From NCBI GenBank assembly GCA_964626635.1, contig CAZVFY010000002.1:5300-69299 (forward strand): 64,000 nt of DNA. Reading direction: 5' to 3'. The position numbers and the translations under genes were made by a program. Positions 23,405 through 33,624 of this stretch are shown here, piece by piece (the stretch's first letter is position 1; each line of letters begins with the position of its first letter). Source of the DNA: an uncultured Candidatus Saccharibacteria bacterium. GTDB taxonomy: Bacteria; Patescibacteriota; Minisyncoccia; Phycocordibacterales; UBA918. The notes beneath the pieces are model-generated. The model was not told the origin of the DNA, made no database searches, and saw only the letters and a program-made list of their open reading frames with translations.

Positions 23405-23432
23405 TTGACAAACTTATCATAAGTGCTATGAT
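23405..23432 (+). promoter_or_regulatory. Sigma70-type promoter of sortase gene
   Basis: TTGACA-N16-TATGAT with TG extension. Confidence 0.6.
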
Positions 23433-23443
23433 TGTTTGCACGT

Positions 23444-24166
23444 ATGGAGACGAGCAACTCATTCGAACGCCTCATTGAAACGCTGTGGGAGCGCAAAATT
23501 TTATTTTTTGCTGCTTTTGCAATAATTGGATTATTGACCTACGCGTTACTCGCGTGGGTTGATTTTTTACCTGAGCCTCGCACAGTAGATCTTGATCCTC
23601 AAGCAACGTCTGAAAACAGTGTTGCACTGGGTGATAGTACTACAGCATTTCCGGCTCAAGAGATTGAAGTTGTATCGGGATCAGAAGATCCAGCAGCAGA
23701 GCCGGTAGAAGTGTTCGTGGCACCGGTACTACCAAACTCAATTTTTATACCTGCTACCGGTAAAACCATCCCGGTCTTGAACCCTAACTCTCGGTCAGTC
23801 GCTGATCTGGATGCGGCGCTACTAAATGGTGTCGTGCGACACCCTGACTCTGCGACGCTAGAAAGTGAGGGTAACGTGTTTATTTTAGGCCATTCTAGCT
23901 ATCTGCCGAATGTGTTCAATGAGTATTTTCAGGCTTTTAATGGTATCCAAGACCTGGAGTGGGGAGACGAAATTTTGGTCACTGCCAATGGCGAGACATA
24001 TGTGTACGTAGTTGACCGCGTGTTTGAAGCGCGCGCCTCAGAAGTAACCATCCCGCTGGTTGACACGGGCCGTCGGCTGACACTCGCCACCTGCGACAGT
24101 TTTGGTAGTGTCGAAGATCGGTTCATTGTCGAGGCGTCATTTGATCGCATCGATATGCAAATATAA
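23444..24166 (+). CDS. Sortase
   Basis: N-terminal TM; GNVFILGHS (His), LTLATC (Cys), EDRF (Arg) catalytic triad. Confidence 0.88.
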   Translation: METSNSFERLIETLWERKILFFAAFAIIGLLTYALLAWVDFLPEPRTVDLDPQATSENSVALGDSTTAFPAQEIEVVSGSEDPAAEPVEVFVAPVLPNSIFIPATGKTIPVLNPNSRSVADLDAALLNGVVRHPDSATLESEGNVFILGHSSYLPNVFNEYFQAFNGIQDLEWGDEILVTANGETYVYVVDRVFEARASEVTIPLVDTGRRLTLATCDSFGSVEDRFIVEASFDRIDMQI

Positions 24167-24170
24167 TTAC

Positions 24171-24199
24171 TTGACAAAACCTCAAAAATAGATTACAGT
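24171..24199 (+). promoter_or_regulatory. Sigma70-type promoter of large surface protein gene
   Basis: TTGACA-N17-TACAGT. Confidence 0.6.
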
Positions 24200-24352
24200 T
24201 GCTTGTAATTTATCGCTCTTTACTGCACAACTCGTAGAGGCAGCTAGTACTCAACAAAATAATATAGCGCAGCACTGTCTTTCATGGGATTGCTTACTCT
24301 TGCGTATGTGGTGTAGGTAGGAGTATTAATTTTAGGAAATAATTATAAATGT

Positions 24353-27061
24353 ATGAATACAAAAACTGTATTACGCCTGAGCTATGTACTGCCGATGCTA
24401 TTTGCGTTGGTATTCACATTTGCCGCTCCGGCTGCAACTATTGCTGCATGGGATGGCAATCAGAGTTCAGGCTGGTCAAACAGCGGAGGATTCGATTGGG
24501 GTGATCGTCCAGATTGGACAAATTCATTTAACTGGTCGAATGACAATAACTATGGAGATAATGGATCTTCTAGCAGCGCCAGTTCAGAAACGAAGTGTAA
24601 AGTTGACTCTCGGGTTGAGACTATTTCGTATGGTGGCAGTGTGACTCTGACCTGGGACACTGTTGGCGCTACGTCGGTGACCGTAAACGGTGAGTCAGTT
24701 AACCTTAGTGAAGGTAGTAAAACCTTTACAAATATTACTGAAGACACTGAATACGTACTCGAAGTAAAAACCGACAACGGTTCATGTAAAACAACTATTA
24801 AGGTTATCTGTCTGCCACCAGTCGTCATTAAAGGATGTACCGACGAACACGCTTTCAACTACAACCCGGATGCAACCGAGGATGATGGCTCATGTGAATA
24901 CGAGGTTCCCGGGTGTACTGATGATAATGCCGTCAATTATAATCCAGACGCCACCAAAGACGATGGTTCTTGTACATATCAAAAGTTATGTGAACCCGGT
25001 GATCAGTTTTACAATCCAGAAGCCGACTTAGAAGGTACTATTTTCGACGGTACAAAAGGGCGGGTAGTAAACACTTCGCAATACTGCGATTACAAAATTG
25101 GTCTTGCATCATATGAAAAATTTGATGAAATTATTGACAATCAAATTATCTTTGACAGTAAAACCGGCGTCGTAAAAGCAAGCAGTCAGAAAGAGTTACA
25201 CGTTACTGTGCCTGAGTGCGCATACCAAATTAATCTCTTTTACGGTCATGTGCTACAATCGCTTGATGGACAGCGATACGGCGATCGATTACTGGACGCT
25301 GAACATCTCAATAGCGAAAAGGGCTACTGTGGTCAAGAACAAGTTGTCTTAAAATGTACGTTGGTTGCTGATCGTAATGAAATTAAGCGTGGCGAATCAG
25401 CGACTTTAACGTGGACTAGTGAGCACGCCGAGTTTGCGTTTATAGACCGGGGTATTAATGACGTCGAGCTAAATGACAGTCGATCAGTAAAACCCAAGAA
25501 GACTACTACCTACACCCTTACTGTCTTTGGAAAAGATGGTCAAGAAAAAAAATGTGATGAAACTATAAAAGTTGAGAAAGATCCGACTCCAACCCCGGTT
25601 CCAAAATGTCACTCTTTCAGTATTGCTGAAAGTAAGGTTGTGCCGAGCGGTGATATTACCCTGTCATGGGACACGTCTGACACAACTAATGTAACAATTA
25701 CAAATATTGGTAGCGTTGCTAGTGATGGTTCGAACCAGGTCTTTAGCGCACCAGACAGTGAGGGTGAATTCACTTACGTCTTAACTTATGCTGGTAAGAC
25801 AAACGACACCTGCCGCGATACGCTAACTGTTGAGCGTGAAAGTGCCAGTATACCAGTTTGTGATTTGTTTACTGCTAGCGACACGTCGATCAATAAGGGT
25901 GAGCAAACGACATTGCGGTGGCAAACGACTAATGTTACCAATGTCTCAATTAACAATGGGGTAGGGTCAAATCTAGAGGTTGACGGTAACGTTGAGGTGA
26001 CACCCCAATCAGATACCACCTACATCCTCACGTTTGATGGTAATACAAATGATGATTGTCGTGTGGACATCAGCGTGACTAAAGACAGTGGTGGAGGTGG
26101 TGGCGGCGGTGGCAGTTCTTCTCCACGGTGTGAACTAGATATTTCAGACACGCGTATTGCTGCCGGGGAAGAAATTACCCTGACCTGGGATTCGACCCGA
26201 GCGCGTGACCTCACTATTACTGATGACCGAGGCAATGTCATCGTTACCACCGAAGACAAATTGTCAGACGATAAAGATGAATTATTTGAAGGTTCGATTG
26301 ATCTGCGACCAACGCGTGATACTGAATACACGCTCGTGGTCGAACGTGGAAGTCGTGACCGTGAATGTAATGTGTCAGTAGATATTCGTGGCAGTGTCAG
26401 TGGCGCCAGTATCACTGTTTTAGAAGAGCGTGATCAACAGCCGCTCATTACTGGCATCTCGCTATCAGAAGTGCCACACACAGGGTTCGAAGCTGGACCA
26501 CTCATGACATTTGCGTTCTATGCACTACTGGTTACTTGGGCATTAGTGCTCGCGTATGTACTAGTAATCCCTAGAGGAGCAGTTGCAAATGTCCACACCA
26601 CCACCGCAACTCCAACTGGTAATATCACCGCTCCAGTACCAACCGTGGTCGACTCTAGTCGAGTGTTCCCAGACTATGCAGCTCACACCAATACACCACA
26701 GTATAGCGCTGCTGCCACCGTGGCCGCACCAACCAATCTGCCAACTGGTTCAGTCGAAGATATTCTGGCGGCGCCAGTTGCACCGGCACCAGCACCGACC
26801 GCTCTGACCACGCCGACTCAAGCAGCCGTCCTAGCCGAAGGCACGCCGGTAGAAGTCGCTGCCCTCGAAGCTGTAGCTCACAATAACCAAGCGCTCTTCT
26901 CGAGTGATGCTCTCAAGGTGTTCATGGACATTACTGCAACCCAAGAACAGCTCATGAAAGCCGAACAAGTCATTACACTTGGTAAGTCACTCTATCCACT
27001 AGAAGACGGCTGGCTCATGATCAACAAAGCTCGAATGTTTGAACTGTTGGCGCAAACCTAA
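24353..27061 (+). CDS. Large surface protein with Ig-like repeats, two GCTD..A.NYNPDAT.DDGSC repeats and a VPHTG+TM sorting signal
   Basis: Signal peptide; repeated C..I..G...TL.W....TY.L units; VPHTG at 26471 followed by a hydrophobic helix. Confidence 0.8.
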   Translation: MNTKTVLRLSYVLPMLFALVFTFAAPAATIAAWDGNQSSGWSNSGGFDWGDRPDWTNSFNWSNDNNYGDNGSSSSASSETKCKVDSRVETISYGGSVTLTWDTVGATSVTVNGESVNLSEGSKTFTNITEDTEYVLEVKTDNGSCKTTIKVICLPPVVIKGCTDEHAFNYNPDATEDDGSCEYEVPGCTDDNAVNYNPDATKDDGSCTYQKLCEPGDQFYNPEADLEGTIFDGTKGRVVNTSQYCDYKIGLASYEKFDEIIDNQIIFDSKTGVVKASSQKELHVTVPECAYQINLFYGHVLQSLDGQRYGDRLLDAEHLNSEKGYCGQEQVVLKCTLVADRNEIKRGESATLTWTSEHAEFAFIDRGINDVELNDSRSVKPKKTTTYTLTVFGKDGQEKKCDETIKVEKDPTPTPVPKCHSFSIAESKVVPSGDITLSWDTSDTTNVTITNIGSVASDGSNQVFSAPDSEGEFTYVLTYAGKTNDTCRDTLTVERESASIPVCDLFTASDTSINKGEQTTLRWQTTNVTNVSINNGVGSNLEVDGNVEVTPQSDTTYILTFDGNTNDDCRVDISVTKDSGGGGGGGGSSSPRCELDISDTRIAAGEEITLTWDSTRARDLTITDDRGNVIVTTEDKLSDDKDELFEGSIDLRPTRDTEYTLVVERGSRDRECNVSVDIRGSVSGASITVLEERDQQPLITGISLSEVPHTGFEAGPLMTFAFYALLVTWALVLAYVLVIPRGAVANVHTTTATPTGNITAPVPTVVDSSRVFPDYAAHTNTPQYSAAATVAAPTNLPTGSVEDILAAPVAPAPAPTALTTPTQAAVLAEGTPVEVAALEAVAHNNQALFSSDALKVFMDITATQEQLMKAEQVITLGKSLYPLEDGWLMINKARMFELLAQT

Positions 27062-27079
27062 GCGCTAAGAGTACAGCAA

Positions 27080-27117
27080 ACACAAAACCGCGCCTCAATA
27101 GAGGCGCGGTTTTGTGT
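27080..27117. terminator. Bidirectional intrinsic terminator
   Basis: acacaaaaccgcgcctc-aata-gaggcgcggttttgtgt. Confidence 0.8.
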
Positions 27118-27129
27118 ACTTCTATCTCT

Positions 27130-28866
27130 TTATACGCTGGCTTCGGCAGATAATTTCTCGATTAGCTCGGGTAGGGTATGGGTGGTCGACTCACCGGTGT
27201 CACGGCTCTCGAGTGTCACCGTTTTGTCCGCTACTTCCTTGTCACCAATGACGATGAGGTAGGGGAGTTTGGCCTTTTTGGCGTTGCGGATTTTTTTACC
27301 CATGCTGTCTTTGTGGTCATCAAGTTCGACACGCCAGTCGGCTGCGCGTAGTTTGCTCATGACCTGACGCGCATAGTCGTGGTGCGCGTCAGCCACGGGA
27401 ATAATGCGCAGATGTTCGGGTGACAGCCACAGTGGGAACGCCCCAGCGTAGTGCTCGATCAAGACACCCATAAAGCGCTCGAGCGACCCGCTGATCGCGC
27501 GGTGAATGACGACCGGCCGCTCGCGCTCGCCGTCTTCGTTTATAAATGACAAATCAAAGCGCTCAGGTAAATTGAAGTCGCACTGGATCGTTGCCAATTG
27601 CCACTCGCGTCCAATGGCATCCTTGAACATAAAATCAAGCTTTGGTCCGTAGAATGCCGCTTCGCCTTCGACGCGTTTATAATTGAGGTTGTTCGACTGT
27701 GCGGACTCTTCGAGCGCGGCCTCGGACTGTTCCCAGACATCGTCACCACCGAGGTACATACCCTCATCGTCACGCACGGACAAACTCACCCAGTAATTAT
27801 CAAGCAGTCCCATTCGCGCATAAAACGCGCGCACGATTTCGACCATCGTCGATACTTCCTCGGTGATCTGCGAGACGCGACAGAATATATGCCCGTCATC
27901 CTGAGTGATCGCTCGGACGCGGGTCAGGCCAGATAGCTGTCCCGACTTTTCGTAGCGGTACACCGTCGCTGGTTCAAAATAACGTACTGGCATGTCGCGA
28001 TACGAAAACTGATTGTCGGCAAAGATCTGCATGTGGTGCGGACAATTCATCGGCTTGAGTGCAAAGTCCTCATCGCCACCTTTGACCCGGAACAGTTCCT
28101 CGCCAAACTTCTCGGCGTGGCCGCTGGTTTCGTACAATGAAATGTTCGTAATGTGCGGCGTCCAGACGCGGTCGTAGCCGTGACCCTTATGCAGGTCCCA
28201 CAAATACTCCTCGATCGCCTGGCGGATGATCATGCCTTTTGGCTGCATCAGCGGGAGTCCTGCGCCAACAAGCGGCGAGATGGTGTAGAGCCCCAGTTCA
28301 GGACCGAGTTTTTTGTGGTCGCGTTTTTTCGCTTCTTCTAATTGCTGTTCGTACGCCACTAGTTCCTCTTTAGTATCAAATGCGACGCCGTATATTCGGG
28401 TAAGCATCGGATTCTTCTCATCACCGCGCCAGTACGCCCCAGCGATCTTATCGAGCTTGAACGCATCGGCTGCAATTTCTTCTCGTGGATTGTCGACGTG
28501 TCCACCGCGACACAGGTCGGTAAATCCGCCGCACGTGTACAGGGTGATCGGCTCGCCGCGCTCTTCGATCTCGTCGATTAGTTCGAGCTTGAACTGATTG
28601 CCAGCAAATACCTCGCGCGCGCGTTCGAGGGTAACTTCCTCGTGTGACCATTCGGTCCATTTATTCAGCAGTTTCTTCATCGTCTTCTGCACGCGCTTCA
28701 GGTCGTCTTCGCCCGGAGCGTCGCCAGTAGAGAAATCGATGTCGTAGTAAAATCCGTTGTCGATCGCGGGACCGAGGGTCAGGCGAGCGTGCGGATACTG
28801 TTCGACTACCGCGGCGGCGAGTAGGTGAGCGAGGGTGTGGCGTTTGTGGGCGAGTTGTTCGTTCAT
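27130..28866 (-). CDS. thrS: Threonine-tRNA ligase (lacks TGS domain)
   Basis: HTLAH, DLCRGGH, RDHKKLG, KPMNCP, AFYGPK, IHRAI; start MNEQ at 28866. Confidence 0.96.
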   Translation of the reverse strand: MNEQLAHKRHTLAHLLAAAVVEQYPHARLTLGPAIDNGFYYDIDFSTGDAPGEDDLKRVQKTMKKLLNKWTEWSHEEVTLERAREVFAGNQFKLELIDEIEERGEPITLYTCGGFTDLCRGGHVDNPREEIAADAFKLDKIAGAYWRGDEKNPMLTRIYGVAFDTKEELVAYEQQLEEAKKRDHKKLGPELGLYTISPLVGAGLPLMQPKGMIIRQAIEEYLWDLHKGHGYDRVWTPHITNISLYETSGHAEKFGEELFRVKGGDEDFALKPMNCPHHMQIFADNQFSYRDMPVRYFEPATVYRYEKSGQLSGLTRVRAITQDDGHIFCRVSQITEEVSTMVEIVRAFYARMGLLDNYWVSLSVRDDEGMYLGGDDVWEQSEAALEESAQSNNLNYKRVEGEAAFYGPKLDFMFKDAIGREWQLATIQCDFNLPERFDLSFINEDGERERPVVIHRAISGSLERFMGVLIEHYAGAFPLWLSPEHLRIIPVADAHHDYARQVMSKLRAADWRVELDDHKDSMGKKIRNAKKAKLPYLIVIGDKEVADKTVTLESRDTGESTTHTLPELIEKLSAEASV

Positions 28867-28923
28867 AATATGTGTGGTCACTAGTATCTGTGATGATACC
28901 TTGCCAGTGTAAAAAGGCAAAGA

Positions 28924-28948
28924 AATACCCGCAGTGAGGCTGCGGGTA
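28924..28948 (-). terminator. Terminator hairpin downstream of the 29003-29509 ORF
   Basis: atacccgcag-tgagg-ctgcgggtat. Confidence 0.55.
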
Positions 28949-29002
28949 TCGAGTCGGATTCAAAAGGTTTTGGTTGGTCCTCGAGTAGCTAGATCGCCAT
29001 GC

Positions 29003-29509
29003 TCACCCTAGTTCATTTGCCCAGGTGCGAAGAAATTTTCGTAGCAGCCGTCGTTCTTGCGCAGTTAGCTCACCTTGCGACTGCCTTTCGCATAGTTCAA
29101 TGATATGCACCAGCGCAGCATGTTCTCTGGCCGGCCGGTTGGTATGCCGTTTAGCAAACTCGGCAAAGTATGCCTTACCAGCGCTTTGCGCAAATATCCA
29201 GCACCAGTGTCGGTGTACGAGCGGGCTGTAAGGCGAGAGTTGCGTGCGGCGACTGTTCTCGGACAATGCGTCGTCAGCTTGGCTCGCCAGAGTCATAACG
29301 TGCCGTAAGCAGTCTGCACACTCTTCTAAGGCTTCGTACTTAGTCAAGCCGGTATTTTCGGCGGTGACAGGGTTCCTCGTTTCAGTATACTTAGGCTCGA
29401 TGGCTGTGACTGCTTGATGCAGTTTCCAGCGCCACAACTGTACGCCAGTAACTGAGGGCGGCAATACGCGGCAGCCAACTTCTTTGGCGAACGAAGTCAT
29501 TGTAGTCAT
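29003..29509 (-). CDS. Hypothetical protein
   Basis: 168-aa ORF with SD (AAGGAG) and downstream hairpin; no recognised motif. Confidence 0.6.
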   Translation of the reverse strand: MTTMTSFAKEVGCRVLPPSVTGVQLWRWKLHQAVTAIEPKYTETRNPVTAENTGLTKYEALEECADCLRHVMTLASQADDALSENSRRTQLSPYSPLVHRHWCWIFAQSAGKAYFAEFAKRHTNRPAREHAALVHIIELCERQSQGELTAQERRLLRKFLRTWANELG

Positions 29510-29570
29510 TTTGCTCTCCTTGGGAACGTTCCGCGGTGCAGCGTATCGTGACGTTGCACGGTTGTCAAAA

Positions 29571-29600
29571 GAAAAGTCGCCATGGTCATGGCGGCTTTTC
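29571..29600. terminator. Terminator downstream of DUF378-like gene
   Basis: gaaaagtcgccatg-gt-catggcggcttttc. Confidence 0.6.
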
Positions 29601-29618
29601 TATTAGTCACAGTGTGAC

Positions 29619-29861
29619 TTAGGTTGTCACTGGGCGGTTGTTGTACCGACTGTCGCGGCGCATTTCCGTTTTACCGGCGCTCGCATCAGCGATGGCCATG
29701 GTCAAGGTGATGAGCCCGGCAACACCGACGACCGCGTAGGTCAGGGTGGTTAGTACGGTGTCAATACCAAATAGGAATGACACCAGATTAAAGTTAAAGA
29801 ATGCGATCAACCCCCAGTTGAGGGCTCCGATCGATGCGATAATGGCAGATAGCTTTCTCAT
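29619..29861 (-). CDS. DUF378-family small membrane protein
   Basis: IGALNWGLIAFFNFNLVSFLFG..Y..VG.AG signature. Confidence 0.85.
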   Translation of the reverse strand: MRKLSAIIASIGALNWGLIAFFNFNLVSFLFGIDTVLTTLTYAVVGVAGLITLTMAIADASAGKTEMRRDSRYNNRPVTT

Positions 29862-29985
29862 ATTTATGTTGAATTATCTTCCTCGCTTGTAAACAACTTC
29901 TGTATAGTACTACTTAGTACAATTTTATACAAGTGTACGTTACATTACACAACATGCCAGAATAAGTAGCAACACCCACGTAGGC

Positions 29986-32900
29986 TTATTGTGTTGCGAC
30001 CGCAGGTTCTCTGTTGGCGGTGGTTTCTACCGGCGCATTGCCCAGCACCTTTACTCGATCGACCAGCACGCTCGGCTCGTCATTACGAATATTGAGCTTG
30101 CCTTTGATGGCGACACAGGTGCCTGGCACGAGCAAGTCGCGATACGTTTGGAAGCACTCGGGGAAAGTTACTAGCTCCATGTCAGTGTCCTTACTCACGA
30201 GTTGTACGAACGCCATTTTGTCACCCTTTTTGGTAATGAGTTCGCGCACCGTGCCGATCATCCCGGCAGTGACGACCGGGATGCCTTGGCGGCCGTCGGC
30301 TTTGACTGACGACAAGGGGGTGCGTTTTTTGAGTTCCTCGGTGTACGCGTCAAGCGGGTGCCCGGACACGTAGACGCCGAGCAAGTCCTTTTCCCATTGT
30401 AGTTTCTGGATAGTCGACAATGGCTCGGTCGGGCCGAGGTGTAATTGGTGCATGTTACTCATGCCGCCGAATAGCGAGTCTTGGGCTGACGTCTGCGCGG
30501 CGACTTGTTCGCGGTTGTATGCCAAGAGGTAGTCGAGGTTGCCGTACAGCTCGTCGCGCGTTGCAAACGTGTCAAATGCGCCGGTACAGATGAGGGCTTC
30601 GAGCGACTTTTTGTTCAGGCCGCGATCATGAATCCGGCTAAGGAAGTCTTGCATGTCCTTAAACGCGCCAGCGCGTTTGCGTTCCTCGATGATGACTGCC
30701 GCAATACCAGCACCGAAATTCTTGATAGTCGTGAGGCCAAAGCGAATGGTGTTCGCGCCAGGCATCACGGTAAAATCAGCGAATGATTCATTGATGTCCG
30801 GCGGCAGCACTTCGATGCCCATGCGATTACACTCAGTAATGATGAGTGAGATCTGCTCGGTGTCGCCCGAGTCTGCGGTGAGAACCGCCGACATGTACTC
30901 GACGGGGAAGTTGGCTTTCATGTACGCCGTTTGGTAGGCGACGCGGCCGTACGACGCCGCGTGCGCCTTATTAAATCCGTACGCCGCGAACGGTTCGATC
31001 AGCTTCCACAACTGCTCGGCTTTAGCGGCCGTCATGCCATGCTCGATGAGGCCATTGAACAACTTGTCTTTCTCGGCCGCCATGACTTCGGGAATTTTCT
31101 TTCCCATCGCCTTGCGGAGTTTGTCGGCGTCGAGCCAGCTATACCCGGCCAGCTCGATGGCGGTCATCATCACGTCGTCCTGGTAGGTAATGACCCCGTA
31201 CGAGCGTTCGATAATTCCTTCAAGGCGCGGGTCGAGGTACGTTACTAGTGACGGATTGTGCTTGCGTTCGATGTACGTTGGGATCATTTCCATCGGCCCT
31301 GGACGATACAGTGCGACCATCGCATTGATGTCGTGAATGGTAGTGGGCTTGAGTTGTTTGAGGAAGGCAGTCATTCCCGAGCCGTTGAGCTGAAAGAGCC
31401 CCATTGTCTCACCACGCGCAAGCATCTCGAACGTTTTGGGGTCGTCGAGTGGGATGTTCTCAATGTCCACCTCAACATCGTGTACAGCTTTCACGCGCTT
31501 CACGGCATCCGCCAAGATCGCCAGGTTTTTGATCCCGAGGAAGTCGAACTTGAGGAGGCCGACGCCGTCCTCTCCGACAGAGTGCATTTCGTACTGAGTG
31601 ACTTGCTTGCCGGTTTTGGAATCAATCTGGACGGGGACGTACTGATTGAGCGGTACGGGACTGATCACTACACCGGCGGCGTGCACGCCGAGGTGACGGA
31701 CGCGACCCTCGATTTGTTTAGCGAGGTCGATGACCTCGCGCGATTCGGCGTCTTTTTTATACAGTTCGGCCAGCTCTTTCTCTTCTTGCATCGCTCGGTC
31801 GATGGTCATCGGGAAGCCTTGCGCGCCGAGCGGGATCAGTTTCGCAATCCGGTCCCCGGTCGAGTACGCGTGCCCGAGGGCGCGCGCCACGTCACGCACG
31901 GCGGCGCGCGCCATCATGGTGCCGAACGTACCGATCTGCGCGACTTTGTCGTGGCCGTATTTCTCGCGGGCGTAGGTAATGATTTCGTCGCGGCGATTAT
32001 CGGCAAAGTCCATGTCGATGTCCGGGGCACTGGGACGTTCTGGGTTCAGGAAGCGCTCGAAGGGAAGGCGGTACTCGAGCGGGTTTACGTTCGTAATCCC
32101 AAGCACGTACGTCGTCAGTGACCCCGCCACTGATCCACGAATGGTTGTCAAAATTCCGCGCTCGCGCGCCTCGCGCAGGAGGTCACCTACGACGAGGAAG
32201 TACTTGGCGTAGCCTTTGGTGCGGATAATGCCCAGTTCGTAGTCGAGCCGGTCTTTGACGACTTTATCGTCCAGCGACAGCCCACGCCAGCCGACGCCCG
32301 CGTAGGCAGTATCGCGCAGCTCGTCGTCGGGTTCTTTGCCGGACTCGATGATGTAGTCGGGAAATACCCACGCGTCCATGCCGAGCGTGATCGAGACGTT
32401 GCATGACTCGGCAATCCGGACGGTATTCGACAAAGCTTCTGGTGTATCAGCGAACCACTCACACATCTGCGCTTGGGTTTTAAATGAAAAATCTTCGGCG
32501 CCTAGGCCGTCCCCGTTGGTGTCAACCACGCCGCCCGTGCCGATCTTGACCATGGTTTCGCGTGCGAGGTGGTCGTCTGGTTTGAGGTAGTACACATCGT
32601 GCGCGGCAACGAGGGGAGTGTCAGTGTCTGCTGCGAGCTGCTTGATACGGGCTTGGTTTTCTTGGTGGCCAAATATTTCTGGATGGTGCGAGATTTCGAG
32701 GTAGCAATCCTCGCCGAACACGCGTTTGTAAAAATCAAGCCGTTCAGCGGCGCGCTCGGGGAGCGAGTCCTTGAGGGCTTGGGCGACGTCGCCCGCAAAC
32801 GACGGGATGATACACACGAGGTCTTCGTGTAATCGCTCGAGCAGTTCGTCGTCAATGCGCGGCTTGTGATAAAAGCCGTCGATGTTACTACGCGTCACTA

Positions 32901-33267
32901 GCTCAATCAGGTTTTGGTACCCTTTGAACGTCTTGGCGAGGAGGACGAGGCGCGAGCGCGGTTTGTCGATCGGGTGTTCTTTGTTGTGGCGGGTACGGGG
33001 CGCCATGAACGCATCAAGGCCGATGATTGGCTTGACCCCTTTGGCATGACACGCTTGATAGAAATCGATCGCACCATACAGTGCGCCTGCGTCAGTGATC
33101 GCCAGCATGGCTTGGCCGTCAGCGGCCGCGGCCTTGGCCAGTTCCTTGGGGGTCGGCACGGCACCGAGGAGCGAGTACATCGAGTGGACGTGGAGGTGGA
33201 CGAACGACGGCGCAACTGGCGTTTCGGCGCCGTCGCCACCATCTTTTACTTTAGGAGAATCACTCAT
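29986..33267 (-). CDS. dnaE: DNA polymerase III alpha subunit
   Basis: PHP motif HLHVHS, RGSVAGS, PDIDMD, LLKFDFLG, YGFNKAH, C-terminal OB fold. Confidence 0.97.
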   Translation of the reverse strand: MSDSPKVKDGGDGAETPVAPSFVHLHVHSMYSLLGAVPTPKELAKAAAADGQAMLAITDAGALYGAIDFYQACHAKGVKPIIGLDAFMAPRTRHNKEHPIDKPRSRLVLLAKTFKGYQNLIELVTRSNIDGFYHKPRIDDELLERLHEDLVCIIPSFAGDVAQALKDSLPERAAERLDFYKRVFGEDCYLEISHHPEIFGHQENQARIKQLAADTDTPLVAAHDVYYLKPDDHLARETMVKIGTGGVVDTNGDGLGAEDFSFKTQAQMCEWFADTPEALSNTVRIAESCNVSITLGMDAWVFPDYIIESGKEPDDELRDTAYAGVGWRGLSLDDKVVKDRLDYELGIIRTKGYAKYFLVVGDLLREARERGILTTIRGSVAGSLTTYVLGITNVNPLEYRLPFERFLNPERPSAPDIDMDFADNRRDEIITYAREKYGHDKVAQIGTFGTMMARAAVRDVARALGHAYSTGDRIAKLIPLGAQGFPMTIDRAMQEEKELAELYKKDAESREVIDLAKQIEGRVRHLGVHAAGVVISPVPLNQYVPVQIDSKTGKQVTQYEMHSVGEDGVGLLKFDFLGIKNLAILADAVKRVKAVHDVEVDIENIPLDDPKTFEMLARGETMGLFQLNGSGMTAFLKQLKPTTIHDINAMVALYRPGPMEMIPTYIERKHNPSLVTYLDPRLEGIIERSYGVITYQDDVMMTAIELAGYSWLDADKLRKAMGKKIPEVMAAEKDKLFNGLIEHGMTAAKAEQLWKLIEPFAAYGFNKAHAASYGRVAYQTAYMKANFPVEYMSAVLTADSGDTEQISLIITECNRMGIEVLPPDINESFADFTVMPGANTIRFGLTTIKNFGAGIAAVIIEERKRAGAFKDMQDFLSRIHDRGLNKKSLEALICTGAFDTFATRDELYGNLDYLLAYNREQVAAQTSAQDSLFGGMSNMHQLHLGPTEPLSTIQKLQWEKDLLGVYVSGHPLDAYTEELKKRTPLSSVKADGRQGIPVVTAGMIGTVRELITKKGDKMAFVQLVSKDTDMELVTFPECFQTYRDLLVPGTCVAIKGKLNIRNDEPSVLVDRVKVLGNAPVETTANREPAVATQ

Positions 33268-33302
33268 GCGGACAGTATAGCAAAAACTGATACACTACCA
33301 GC

Positions 33303-33620
33303 ATGAAGAAGATCAGACTACTAGTTGGAATCTTTATTAGTTTAGCTGTGGTGGTATTACTAACACGTACGCTCTTACTCGATTGGGCAGTGCTTATGAC
33401 TGGTACCGATCGACACGCTCCTGAAATTTATGATGGTGACATTAAGTTCTATTGTTTAGTGTGCGACTATGAAGTTGGTGATTACGTGGTCGTTTTTGAT
33501 AACGATCTACTGCTGGTAGAAAAAGTTTTGGATCGCAACGAAAGTAGCGTAATTATTACCAGTCCCGCAGCGGACAGGGTTGCCGTTCCAGTCAATGCGG
33601 TTATCGGTGTTGTGTTGTAG
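33303..33620 (+). CDS. Small membrane-anchored hypothetical protein (weak S24/S26-like fold)
   Basis: N-terminal TM; GDYVVVF..VEKV..VIGVV pattern without an evident catalytic Ser/Lys. Confidence 0.5.
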   Translation: MKKIRLLVGIFISLAVVVLLTRTLLLDWAVLMTGTDRHAPEIYDGDIKFYCLVCDYEVGDYVVVFDNDLLLVEKVLDRNESSVIITSPAADRVAVPVNAVIGVVL

Positions 33621-33624
33621 TCTC

